From sequence record MW373745.1: 64,000 nt of DNA. One strand, given 5' to 3'. Each line of letters starts with the position of its first letter. Within the stretch, counting starts at the first letter, position 1. Of this stretch, positions 47,901 through 56,612 are shown one piece after another. A program made the translations under genes and the position numbers. The notes beneath the pieces are model-generated. The model had not been told where the DNA came from. It ran no database searches and saw only the letters and a list, made by a program, of their open reading frames with translations.

Positions 47901-48505
47901 GCCCAGCTGCAAATTCAACACCAAAAGAAACAAAAGCAGATATTAAGCCAGCTTCAAAACCAGTAGCGTCAGCTCCAAAAGCAGTTCCTAAAGCTGCTAG
48001 CTATGGTACACCACACAGAGGTCAATATGATGCAGAAACAATGGAAGACTTCAACAACTTAGGAGATAACTTTAGTAAATCCAAATCACCAATTTCTTTA
48101 CCTGGAGATTCGAAATCTAACGTTCAAACTAACAATGCTGGCTCAGTAGTACCAGTAACTCCTGTAGTTAATATAAAGAATAATTCATCTCCAAGTGATT
48201 ATTCTTGGGCTTCTAAAAACAGTTTTAAAATTGCTAGAATGTTTGGGTTAGATGGCATCAGCGATTACGAAATACTTAATGAAGGTTCAGAATCTGACTT
48301 TTTACAATCTTATGGTATGTCTAAAAGACAAGCAATTCAATCAGCAGGGTTAAACAATACAGTACAAACCAAAGTTGCTAGTAATGTTAAAACAAAAGAT
48401 GTGATACCAGCTGTCAATAAAACCCAAATAAATAATACCAATATACAGACTAAAACAAAAGAAACTTCTAATAAAGATTTGACTGATTCTTTTGTTTTGA
48501 GCTAA
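44942..48505 (+). CDS. baseplate hub / tape-measure-like protein with CHAP-like amidase domain
   Basis: 1187 aa; GACAKYVRSYL...GDI...YGHIAIWNGSNWVSDFKQ; precedes gp48 and gp53; AATAAATA at 44914. Confidence 0.7.
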   Translation: MSIIKSTARGIRGTYRAGKNAVNSVNSAYNSAVSGINKVNSALDPMNTVRSATQRLNNWMDSDSKVSKTTQKNNDSIVSELNNVANEVVSAAKALDPMNARKLTEISESLKNISKQISDIKKGLIDNQDTEIRHQGFDKNVQNVSESKVNVPQNKSFFDKLLGWLGGLLGISAGALLPLLGSLGSFLTKPLDFILDLLKGGINKLWTLFEPLLGPIIDPLKNGFEFLKNKWNSLVDFINKKINIGDKWKISDNDNPKNPKSPKVSSSNPAKEQSWMSKKWDSFKGAMQNGYDWASQKVDDLKSYASKKYQDIKNSKVGKIISAGYDKLKAAQKYIVEKAIEGFDAVKNMVSSAWDSAVKAAQKGFNMLKKFALAPMEKFVSSVGKKLFGSSKLFSVLPSILGNLEKIGARLAASGAKIASKALPGVGFAVGIYQAWDFFTRGRWVLGSIAALSACISLLPGIGGIISMCLDLGLFATDIITSPDDVDNLNKEQNDLVNTANKMVQNNDTGGILEPSQVEKDKAQSGVQDSSSNSSSSNKGLNAKVLDGKSANDFAASYTPHKVDSNGTVIAAKTGSIYKGLTWVESEKYDAEKQAYFKKREEKEAQLDALFEQGQKAMNSGDTETFNKLVTQRNKLSDELSKMSLDSIDSKYQAIGQARIKKLQSQGANADLSVFRTNGDSSTSSGGTDTKPDSTNASASVASQASGSISPAQVQGAQSTEAQGSSSGGSPGARAAAEFSKKYNLGTRATGACAKYVRSYLMAAGYPLSGWPVAAADYINFLPKYGFTPVQGRASQISPEVGDISITQRFGNHKYGHIAIWNGSNWVSDFKQNSVSIYRDVNAFGGPDANITILRDTSGQNPSQELVNQQLSNMNSSFKVALGGGGAKGAVYSLDSGVSNVVTNTAGAAASVISSGVSSIQSFANANSITTRKSLTQMYTESGLSTSFGSSSAPQAASPAANSTPKETKADIKPASKPVASVPQAASPAANSTPKETKADIKPASKPVASAPKAVPKAASYGTPHRGQYDAETMEDFNNLGDNFSKSKSPISLPGDSKSNVQTNNAGSVVPVTPVVNIKNNSSPSDYSWASKNSFKIARMFGLDGISDYEILNEGSESDFLQSYGMSKRQAIQSAGLNNTVQTKVASNVKTKDVIPAVNKTQINNTNIQTKTKETSNKDLTDSFVLS
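47801..47974 (+). repeat. 87-bp tandem duplication (29 aa)
   Basis: PQAASPAANSTPKETKADIKPASKPVAS twice. Confidence 0.95.
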
Positions 48506-48532
48506 GGTTCATTAAATGCAAAGGATTAAATT

Positions 48533-49465
48533 TTGGGATTATTTGGTTCTGTCAGTAGTGTTATTTCAGGTGTTGATTTACCAAAAGCTACGAAAACTTT
48601 CTCGGCCAACAATGGTGCTGAAATTCTAAAATTTACCAAATCTTTAGAATCTGATAATTTTAAACACAAACAAATAATATTGACTGTTTATGACCCAAAT
48701 GATTTCTATAAAAAAGTCAAAGATGCTATTGGTCAAAAAATGTCAAGCCTGATGACAGCAGGAACTTCAGCATTTTCTGGTGATGGGTATGATTCTTCAG
48801 ATGCTAGCCAAACTCTAAAAGATGCTGGTCAAGACATTGTAGATATGTCAGCAGTCAATATATTATATACAATACATTTACCATTAATGAATGCGTTCCA
48901 AGAACAAAACTCTCATAATTATTCTGAAGATACTGGTATTTTAGGTTCTATGTCAAATGCTGCTAATGAATTATCAAGTACAGCTAGTTCTGGTATAATT
49001 GAAGCTTATGGTAGATTTGGAGATTTTGGTGGAAATACAGATAATATGGCATTTGCTCCGCAACTACCACAAGTAGATCCATTAAAATGGCAAAACTTTA
49101 AAGGTTCTAACTTAAGAACATTTCAATTTACTTTTAAAATATCTCCCAGAAACATAGATGAAGCTTCTAATATGATGCGAATATTTTGGTTATTAAAAAG
49201 AAGTTCATACCCTAAAAAAGAAGCTGGTGGTGTCTTATTGATACCGCCTGCAAGAATAGGTGTCCAATTTTCAAACCCACTGCTACATAAGTTGATAGCT
49301 CCTGGTATTTGTGTAATAGATGGTGTTTCTATGGTTTATGAAAACGGTGATGATATTGCTGTGACATTAGATGGAGTTCCAAAGAAAATAGAGTTTACAT
49401 TATCATTAAAAGAATTCCGTCAAAAATACCAGGATGATTGGAATTTTGAAAATGCTAGTCTATAG
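48533..49465 (+). CDS. baseplate tail-tube cap, T4 gp48-like
   Basis: LRTFQFTFKISPRN..EA..., CVIDGVSMVY, IEFTLSLKE. Confidence 0.75.
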   Translation: MGLFGSVSSVISGVDLPKATKTFSANNGAEILKFTKSLESDNFKHKQIILTVYDPNDFYKKVKDAIGQKMSSLMTAGTSAFSGDGYDSSDASQTLKDAGQDIVDMSAVNILYTIHLPLMNAFQEQNSHNYSEDTGILGSMSNAANELSSTASSGIIEAYGRFGDFGGNTDNMAFAPQLPQVDPLKWQNFKGSNLRTFQFTFKISPRNIDEASNMMRIFWLLKRSSYPKKEAGGVLLIPPARIGVQFSNPLLHKLIAPGICVIDGVSMVYENGDDIAVTLDGVPKKIEFTLSLKEFRQKYQDDWNFENASL

Positions 49466-49473
49466 GAGTTAGA

Positions 49474-49965
49474 ATGTATATTAGTAAGCAACTTACAAAT
49501 TATTTAGATAATTATTCGTTCAGTGAAGCTAATAAAACTGAAGCAGAAGTTTGTAATGTTAGAGATTACAGGTCTATGGATTATAGCACTATAACAAAAT
49601 ATATTAATGATTCTAATACTATTAATGTTAAAATAAATGCAAATGATTTCATTGAAAGTGTTTCTAATAGATTGTATAATGATCCTAATTTATGGGATTT
49701 ATTAATGCTTATTAATAATAAAGATGCCTTGAGTGATATGCCTTATGATAATGATAGAATAGCAGATATGGCTGACGAATTGATAGCCAATTATTTTAAT
49801 AATCCTGAGAAACCATACCAAGGTAATGTTACTGAACAATTAATAACCGAATACAGGGAATATTTGATAGATTTATTGACACAAAAGAATTATCAAAATA
49901 TGATTATAAAAGCTTTAGACCCTGCTTATTTGGGTGACTTCTTAAGACTTTTTAAGTACAAATAA
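49474..49965 (+). CDS. baseplate wedge protein, T4 gp53-like
   Basis: ESVSNRLYNDPNLWDLLMLINN. Confidence 0.78.
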   Translation: MYISKQLTNYLDNYSFSEANKTEAEVCNVRDYRSMDYSTITKYINDSNTINVKINANDFIESVSNRLYNDPNLWDLLMLINNKDALSDMPYDNDRIADMADELIANYFNNPEKPYQGNVTEQLITEYREYLIDLLTQKNYQNMIIKALDPAYLGDFLRLFKYK

Positions 49966-49977
49966 TTTAATAAGCCA

Positions 49978-50220
49978 AGCATTTTTTATACTTTTTAATA
50001 TTAGTTTAAGCTTTGCTTTAAGTTTTAAGCATATGCTGGGATATAATACTATAGTATATACTACTAAAAACCTTAGCATTTTTTATACTTTTTAATATTG
50101 CTTTAAGTTTTAAGCATATACTAGGATATAATACTATAGTATATACTATTAAAAAGCCAAGCATTTTTTATACTTTTTAATATTGCTTTAAGTTTTAGAC
50201 TTATACTATAGTATATACCT
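49978..50220 (+). repeat. ~85-bp tandem repeat array running into the gap
   Basis: Units start at 49978, 50075 and 50160; core palindrome ATACTATAGTAT at 50046, 50131 and 50203. Confidence 0.92.
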
Positions 50221-50320
50221 NNNNNNNNNNNNNNNNNNNNNNNNNNNNNNNNNNNNNNNNNNNNNNNNNNNNNNNNNNNNNNNNNNNNNNNNNNNNNNNN
50301 NNNNNNNNNNNNNNNNNNNN
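50221..50320. other. assembly gap (100 N)
   Basis: N run. Confidence 1.
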
Positions 50321-50335
50321 CAAAACGAAGTTATT

Positions 50336-50767
50336 TTGTATATTGATGAAAATTCGATAAAAGAAAAGCCAAAGGCAAATAAAACAGAACAAATACAAAC
50401 GCAAGATGATTTTAAGCCTTTAAATTTAGAAACCATAGAGCAAGAACTCACACAAAAAACTATCAAAGATTTAGAAAATTTAGGCATTTATAATCCTTTA
50501 GAAAATGATATTATTAAAACTTATGTTAAAAATCTCATTTTTTTAGAATGCACAAGCAAGGAAATGGAGAAAAAAGGTTTTACAACAAGCACAGATAAAG
50601 GAACGCCTATTGTAACGCCTGAACTTATAGCTTTTAATTCTTTGACTAAAAATATTATAGGCTTAGCAAAAGTTTTAGGCATAGGCTCTCCAAATCGTGC
50701 AAGGCTAAATTTAAAAGATAAAAAAGAAAAATCAGCTTTTGATGTGCTTTTAGAAGATGAAAGTTAA
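50336..50767 (+). CDS. terminase small subunit (P27-like), 5' end probably lost in the gap
   Basis: GTPIVTPEL...LAKVLGIGSPNRARL; the frame is open back to the N run. Confidence 0.8.
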   Translation: MYIDENSIKEKPKANKTEQIQTQDDFKPLNLETIEQELTQKTIKDLENLGIYNPLENDIIKTYVKNLIFLECTSKEMEKKGFTTSTDKGTPIVTPELIAFNSLTKNIIGLAKVLGIGSPNRARLNLKDKKEKSAFDVLLEDES

Positions 50768-50770
50768 ATT

Positions 50771-52396
50771 ATGGATAAATTAAGAGCAAGAGAAGATATA
50801 TTAAATTACGCTTTAGCTTATATTAAACAAAAAAACAAAGAATTTGAAAACTCGCCCTTTTATATTGATGAGAAAATAGCTAAAAAAGCGGTTTTATTTA
50901 TTTCTCTTTTAAAGCACACCGATGGCGAATTAGCCGGTAAGCCCTTTCAGCTTTTAAATTTTCAAATCGAGTTTATCATCGATATCATCGCCACTTATTC
51001 TAAGGAAAAAAACGCCAGAAGATACTCTTACGCTTTGCTTTTTATCCCAAGAAAAAATGGTAAAACAGAGTTAATCGGAGCTATTTTGCTTTATTTTTTA
51101 TTTATTGATAAAGAAAAGGGTAAAAAAATATATTGTGCCGCAAATGAAACCGAACAAGCAAAATTAGTTTTTAATGCTGCTTCATCTATGGTAAGCCAAG
51201 AAGAAGAATTAAATAAAATGTGCTATCAATATAAAACCTATAGAGAAATCCGTAAGAAAAACGCTAAATTTGAAGATTTTATAAAGGTTCTAACAGCTAC
51301 AAGTGAGACAAAAGACGGCTTAAGACCTTATGTTTTTATTTACGATGAGCTTCACGCTGCCAAAAATGGGGATTTATATAAGGTTTTAGAAGAAGGAACG
51401 GCAAGTCGTGTAAATTCTTTATGTATAGTCATTTCAACAGCAGGATATAATCATTTTGGAGAGATGAAAAAGCAATATGATTATTGCAAACAAGTTAAAA
51501 ATGGCATTATAAACGACCCATCAACTTATGCAAAGATTTATGAGCCTGATGCTGATGATGATTGGAACGATGAAAAAACTTGGATCAAAGTTAATCCTGC
51601 TTTGGGTTATGGCGTAAAGCTTGAAAAATTAAGAGAATATTATCAAAAAGCTTTAGCAAACGCAAATGATGAGGTGAGTTTTAAAACAAAACATTTAAAT
51701 ATATGGACTTCAAATGCTACTTCTTTTATAAAAGATGATGATTTTTTAAAATGCAGTTTTAAAGAACTTGATTTAAAAGGCGATGTTTATGTTGGACTTG
51801 ATCTATCTGCTACCACTGATTTAACTGCTTTAGCTTTAATTTGCGAAGTGGATAAAATCTTACATGTGGATTTTAAATTTTATGCACCAGAACTTAGTGC
51901 AAGAGAGAGAAGTAAAAGAGATAAAGTGCCTTATTTAGAATGGGCAAAACTTGGCTTTTTAACTCTAACGCCAGGTAATAGTGTTGATTATGACTATTTA
52001 ATTAACGATATCTTAGCTCTAAATAAAAAATTAAATATCAAAATGATAGGTTATGATCCATGGAATAGTTTAGAAGTAGCCAAAAAGTTAAGCGATGAAA
52101 ATATAGAGTGCGTTCAGATTAGACAAGGTTTTGCAAGTATTAGCGAACCTTTAAAAGAATACCAAATCAGAGTTTTAAAACAAACTTTAAATCACAATAA
52201 CAATCCTATTTTTAGATGGTGTAATTCAAATTTAGTTATTGATCAAGATGCAAGAGAAAACATAAAGCCTGATAAGAAAAAATCAAGTGAAAGGATAGAT
52301 GCAATTTCGGCTTTAGTCACTGCAATCGCCACTAAAAACAGCATAGAAAAACCAAAAATCAATGTTTATGAAAAAAGAGGTATAAGGTTTTTATAG
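50771..52396 (+). CDS. terminase large subunit
   Basis: IPRKNGKT, YDELH, ISTAG, GLDLS, GYDPW, RIDAISA. Confidence 0.95.
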   Translation: MDKLRAREDILNYALAYIKQKNKEFENSPFYIDEKIAKKAVLFISLLKHTDGELAGKPFQLLNFQIEFIIDIIATYSKEKNARRYSYALLFIPRKNGKTELIGAILLYFLFIDKEKGKKIYCAANETEQAKLVFNAASSMVSQEEELNKMCYQYKTYREIRKKNAKFEDFIKVLTATSETKDGLRPYVFIYDELHAAKNGDLYKVLEEGTASRVNSLCIVISTAGYNHFGEMKKQYDYCKQVKNGIINDPSTYAKIYEPDADDDWNDEKTWIKVNPALGYGVKLEKLREYYQKALANANDEVSFKTKHLNIWTSNATSFIKDDDFLKCSFKELDLKGDVYVGLDLSATTDLTALALICEVDKILHVDFKFYAPELSARERSKRDKVPYLEWAKLGFLTLTPGNSVDYDYLINDILALNKKLNIKMIGYDPWNSLEVAKKLSDENIECVQIRQGFASISEPLKEYQIRVLKQTLNHNNNPIFRWCNSNLVIDQDARENIKPDKKKSSERIDAISALVTAIATKNSIEKPKINVYEKRGIRFL

Positions 52397-52450
52397 CTTA
52401 ATAAATTTAGAAGTAAAAATGAGTAAAATTATATTTTTCAAGGAGTTTTT

Positions 52451-52885
52451 TTGATAAATTGTAATGATAAATTTGATAAATGGAATAATGAAAAGAAAAA
52501 ACTACAAATAAAAGAAAATAAAATAATAAGCATAGGTAAGATTTATTGGGTTAGCATAGGACAAAATATAGGCAGTGAAGTTTATGGAAAACATAATGAC
52601 TTCAAAAGACCGGTTTTAGTTTTAAACAAAATATACATTGAGGATTATGTTAATCTTTTTGTTGGCGTTCCATTAACAAGCAAAATAGAAAATAAAACAG
52701 GTTTTCTTTATCATCACTTCACAGATAGTAAAAACAGAAAGCAAGTAGCTCTATTATCACAAGTAAGAACCTTTGATACTAAAAGAATAATAAGTTATTA
52801 TAATGGAAAAATCAAAAAAGAAGATTTAGAAACAATTAGAGAAAAAATAACAAAGAAAATAATATCCCCGCACATGGCGGGGTAA
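52451..52885 (+). CDS. PemK/MazF-family endoribonuclease toxin, orphan
   Basis: IYWVSIGQNIGSEVYGK..KRPVLV, VPLTS, LSQVRTFDTKR; AAGGAG plus TTG start. Confidence 0.85.
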   Translation: MINCNDKFDKWNNEKKKLQIKENKIISIGKIYWVSIGQNIGSEVYGKHNDFKRPVLVLNKIYIEDYVNLFVGVPLTSKIENKTGFLYHHFTDSKNRKQVALLSQVRTFDTKRIISYYNGKIKKEDLETIREKITKKIISPHMAG

Positions 52886-52976
52886 CTCGTAAATGAGCCA
52901 ACTCTCCTTATCAGAAGAAGTCTAAAACCTACTTTTAAAGTTTTACAATTCTTATGATCACTGAGAAATTATATCA
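52850..52976 (-). ncRNA. candidate antisense RNA convergent on pemK
   Basis: Minus-strand TGATATAAT (52976-52968); CCCCGC/GCGGGG hairpin (52866-52882) followed by a U-rich tract on the minus strand. Confidence 0.45.
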
Positions 52977-52989
52977 TTTTTTTTATAAA

Positions 52990-53022
52990 ACGCACTTTAA
53001 CGCCTCAAACTTTTTTTAAAAT
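52990..53022 (+). promoter_or_regulatory. 33-bp conserved prophage promoter/operator motif, copy 1
   Basis: ACGCAYTTTAACGCCTYAAA..TTTT..TAAAAT; also at 55216 and 63902. Confidence 0.7.
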
Positions 53023-53044
53023 AAGTAAAAAATAAAGGTTTTGC

Positions 53045-54217
53045 ATGTTCAATAAAATAAGATCATTATTTACAAAAAAAGCACGAAATAATGAATTTGT
53101 TAATAGCTTAGAAATTTTATTAGAAGATAAAATAAAAGCTGAGGAACTTTCAGCAGTAATTGCCGCAATCTCAAATATTAGCGAGACCATAGCATCTTTG
53201 CCATTAAATTTATATCAAAGAACAACTGATGGATCAAAACTAGCCTCTAATCACCCCTTATATGAACTCATCAAAATCGCACCAAATGAAACAATGACAC
53301 CTTTTACACTCTTTGAGGCTTTTATGGTACAAATGTTAATTTATGGCAATGGTTTTTTATATCCTGTTAAAAAAAGAAACGGGGTGATTAATTCTATAGA
53401 ACTCATAGAAAATAAAGACATTAATATCTTTAAAATGAATGGAAAGTATTTTTATCAAGCTTACTCAAAAAATGGCAGTATTGTTTTAAATTATGATGAG
53501 GTTTTAAATGTGCCTTATCATACTAAAGATGGAGTAAAAGGTATCGCACCGCTTAGAAAAAGCAAAAATACCACAGAACTTGCAACAGCTATAGAACAGC
53601 ACGGACTTAGCTTTTTTAAAAATGGAAGTTTTACAAGTGGCGTTATATCTGTACCAAATGAATTAAGCGAAGAGGCATATTCGAGATTAAAACAATCCTT
53701 TAAAGAAAATTATAGCCAAAAAAAAGCTTATAATATTTCTATTTTAGAGGGTGGAGCAAGTTATGCACAAACTACAAGTGCGAATAAAAATAGCCAGTTT
53801 TTAGAAAGCAAACAATTTCAAGTGATAGAAATCGCAAGACTTTTTAATATCCCACCGCACAAACTTGGAGATTTAAGTCGTGCGACTTTTTCAAATATCG
53901 AACAACAAGAGACAAATTATATGGTGCAAACCATAACACCTCTAACAACTAAAATCGAACAAGCCCTAAATCGCTTTTTATTAAACCAAAATGAAAGAAA
54001 AGAATTTTATTTTAAATTCAATATCAACGCTATTTTAAGAGCTGATAGTTCTTCAAGGTGGGAAAGCTATGTAAAAGCTTTAAGTAATGGCGTGATGAGT
54101 ATAAACGAAGTAAGAGCCTTGGAAGAAATGAACCCAATTGATAATGGAAACGATCATTTAATACCGCTTAATCTCGCCAAAATAGATGAAAAAGACACAC
54201 AAAAAGGCAATCAATGA
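53045..54217 (+). CDS. portal protein, HK97 family
   Basis: SETIASLPL, GNGFLY, GIAP, ILEGG, IARLFNIPP, SINEVRALEEMNP. Confidence 0.95.
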   Translation: MFNKIRSLFTKKARNNEFVNSLEILLEDKIKAEELSAVIAAISNISETIASLPLNLYQRTTDGSKLASNHPLYELIKIAPNETMTPFTLFEAFMVQMLIYGNGFLYPVKKRNGVINSIELIENKDINIFKMNGKYFYQAYSKNGSIVLNYDEVLNVPYHTKDGVKGIAPLRKSKNTTELATAIEQHGLSFFKNGSFTSGVISVPNELSEEAYSRLKQSFKENYSQKKAYNISILEGGASYAQTTSANKNSQFLESKQFQVIEIARLFNIPPHKLGDLSRATFSNIEQQETNYMVQTITPLTTKIEQALNRFLLNQNERKEFYFKFNINAILRADSSSRWESYVKALSNGVMSINEVRALEEMNPIDNGNDHLIPLNLAKIDEKDTQKGNQ

Positions 54218-54756
54218 TAGAAGTAAAAGGCTTGAACGAATTAATGAAAGATTTGCAAAGCATAAGTAAAAAAGCTTTGCCAAATGCGGCTAAAAAAGGA
54301 GCTTTAGAAGTAGCAAAAGAAATCACAAATGATTATAAAAAGAATATTCCTAAACAAAGTGGACTTTTAAAGCAAAGTGTTAAGGCAGTTTCTAGTTATA
54401 CTTTAGAAAAAGGTGTTTATCGTGCTGCTTCGGTTGTTTTTAGAATGAAAAAAGTAGGTATAAAAAGATTTGAAAAATTAAAAAATGCTAAAAAATGGAC
54501 ACAAGCAAAGAAAAATGAGAGAAAACAAAGAATGGATTATTTTGCGAGTGCGTATTATGCTCATTTTATAGAGTATGGATTTTTTCATAAAGGCGGAGTG
54601 AAAAAAAGTGCAAAAGGAAAACCAAATATAAGCGGAAAAAACACTTTTGTAAAAGGCACTTATACCATGCAAAAAGCAAAAGAGAAAATAGACCCAAAAA
54701 TGCAAAGCTTGGTTACAACAAAACTAAATGCTGAGTTAGACAAATTAGGATTTTAA
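54214..54756 (+). CDS. HK97 gp10-like tail completion protein
   Basis: IEVKGLNELMKDL, SGLLKQS, YAHFIEYG. Confidence 0.85.
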   Translation: MIEVKGLNELMKDLQSISKKALPNAAKKGALEVAKEITNDYKKNIPKQSGLLKQSVKAVSSYTLEKGVYRAASVVFRMKKVGIKRFEKLKNAKKWTQAKKNERKQRMDYFASAYYAHFIEYGFFHKGGVKKSAKGKPNISGKNTFVKGTYTMQKAKEKIDPKMQSLVTTKLNAELDKLGF

Positions 54757-55107
54757 ATGAAGGAATTTTTAAGCGATTTTTTAATGGGACTAAGCAAGGA
54801 ATTAAATATAGAAATTTACCCACTTTCAAGGCAAAAAACAAAGCTAGAAAAAGCATTTTTAATTTATGAAATCACAAGCGAAGAATTAAATTTAAGTATA
54901 GATGATAAAATCTTAAGCAAAGAATTAGAAATTAATTTGAGCCTTTATACTCCAAAATACAAAGATTTAAGAGAGTTAAAAAGCAAAATTGAAAGTTTTA
55001 TTTTAAAATTTTATAAAAAACCTATTGAAATTTTAATACATGGAGAAGATAAAGATGAAGAGAGTGGATTTTTTACGAGTGAGATTTTTATCACTTATCG
55101 TTTATAA
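54757..55107 (+). CDS. putative tail terminator
   Basis: 116 aa, between the gp10-like gene and the major tail gene. Confidence 0.55.
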   Translation: MKEFLSDFLMGLSKELNIEIYPLSRQKTKLEKAFLIYEITSEELNLSIDDKILSKELEINLSLYTPKYKDLRELKSKIESFILKFYKKPIEILIHGEDKDEESGFFTSEIFITYRL

Positions 55108-55215
55108 ATTTCTTTTCTATGTCCTACTTCAAGACAAAGAATAGTTAATTTTTCATCAACAAAAAATTAGAAAATAAAATACAAAAATATAGTTTTATGA
55201 AAAATATCTCTTAAT

Positions 55216-55248
55216 ACGCATTTTAACGCCTTAAACTTTTTATAAAAT
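55216..55248 (+). promoter_or_regulatory. 33-bp conserved prophage motif, copy 2
   Basis: Same sequence and spacing as copy 1. Confidence 0.7.
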
Positions 55249-55278
55249 CTCCTTACATTACTTATATAAGGAGAAAAG

Positions 55279-56259
55279 ATGTCAAAAGACAAAATAATTA
55301 CAGATGCCCCTGATGTGCAAGGGCTTAGAGTTTTAGTTTTATCTCGTGCTATGGAAAGTTTAGGAAAAGAAGCTATTCAAGCAGGATTTTTAACAAGTAT
55401 TTCAGGTCTTAAAGGTGGAACTAGAGAAAGTCAAAAACTAAGCCCAATCAACGATAGAGATTATGAAGAAATCAACGCAGTGGGCAAAAAAACTTCAGCT
55501 ACTGTAAATATGAATTTACTTTATAAATTTGTTAAAGATGGTAATTTAGAAAGCTATGAGGGGGTAAATTATTTAGAAAAAGCTTTTGAAGAAAATGAAG
55601 AAGTTTTTATCATCGTAGAGATTAATGATGAGAGAAAAACCATGCTTAAAATCAAAATGAAATTAACAGGCTTTGAGCTTCAAAGCGAAGCAAATAATAA
55701 ATTCAGTGCAAATATCACAGCAGAAAAAATAGGCGAAGCTAAAGACATCACACCTTTTAGATTTGAAGAAAGTCAAAATATAGAACACAGTACAAAAGCT
55801 TTAAATGTGGGCGATGTGATGAGTGATAAAAAAGGTAAAATTATTTATTTTTACCCAAAAGAAAGCACACTTGAAAAACCAGAATTAAACGATGAAAGAA
55901 TGGTTTATGTTTTTGATGAGGTGCGAGGTGTTGTACCAAATCCTAGTACACAAACTTTTAACGAAAACAATGAATTTATAACCACAAAAGAAGCTGATAA
56001 AGTTTGGGAAAAAGAAAATGATGAAAATATTATTCATGAAAGCAAAACCGAACCAGAACAAGGGCAGACTTATGAGGAATTAAAAGGAAAAACATTATAT
56101 TTTTATCCAAACGCCTTAACACTTCTTTATCCTGCAAATGAAGATATTCGCAAAAAATACACCATAGATCAAAGCTCAGGCATAGCAAGTGAAGCCACAA
56201 TGCAAACTTTTTTAAATGGAAAATTTAGCGATGCTTTAAGAAAAGGAGGTAAAAAATGA
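55279..56259 (+). CDS. major tail protein with duplicated C-terminal accessory domain
   Basis: Position; tail-tube-like first ~155 aa; KGKIIYFYP / KGKTLYFYP repeats. Confidence 0.65.
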   Translation: MSKDKIITDAPDVQGLRVLVLSRAMESLGKEAIQAGFLTSISGLKGGTRESQKLSPINDRDYEEINAVGKKTSATVNMNLLYKFVKDGNLESYEGVNYLEKAFEENEEVFIIVEINDERKTMLKIKMKLTGFELQSEANNKFSANITAEKIGEAKDITPFRFEESQNIEHSTKALNVGDVMSDKKGKIIYFYPKESTLEKPELNDERMVYVFDEVRGVVPNPSTQTFNENNEFITTKEADKVWEKENDENIIHESKTEPEQGQTYEELKGKTLYFYPNALTLLYPANEDIRKKYTIDQSSGIASEATMQTFLNGKFSDALRKGGKK

Positions 56260-56612
56260 AATTCAATGACTTTTTAAAACAACATTCTTTAAGAGAAAAA
56301 GAAATTTTAATCGAAGGTATTGATGAAAAATTCACAATTCGCCAACTTTCTATGCTCGAACAATTAGAGATTATGGAAAAAAATGGCATAGAAATACAAG
56401 AAAATAAAGATGATAAAATCAGCATCGATTTTATTAAGAAGAATTCAAATTTTAGAAAAGAAATCATCTTAAAGTGTTTAGTAGCTCCAAAAATCGATGA
56501 AAAAACCTTTGATAATCTCAATCAAGAGGGTTTAAACATTATCGCAAAAGTCGCAGACGAAATTTTAAAATTTACAAATGAAGTCCCAAAGCAAGAGAGC
56601 AAGGGCGATTAA
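56256..56612 (+). CDS. tail assembly chaperone (gpG-like)
   Basis: Position; TIRQLS motif; slippery site near the 3' end. Confidence 0.75.
   Translation: MKFNDFLKQHSLREKEILIEGIDEKFTIRQLSMLEQLEIMEKNGIEIQENKDDKISIDFIKKNSNFRKEIILKCLVAPKIDEKTFDNLNQEGLNIIAKVADEILKFTNEVPKQESKGD

Noticed and set aside
50097-50105. T4 MotA box (ATTGCTTTA) in the repeat unit
   Set aside because: It is 21 nt from TATAAT, not 11-13, and no motA-like gene is visible.
49978-50220. CRISPR array
   Set aside because: The segments between conserved blocks are near-identical to each other rather than unique spacers, and there are no cas1/cas2 genes; it is a tandem repeat.
50201-50487. ORFs spanning the N gap
   Set aside because: Artefacts of translating through Ns.
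53005-53190. Minus-strand ORF as a protein antitoxin for PemK
   Set aside because: It overlaps the portal gene antisense, has no RBS and no antitoxin features.
55745-55765. Frameshift site ACACCTTTTAG producing a short major tail protein
   Set aside because: Not a canonical slippery heptamer and no stimulatory structure is evident.
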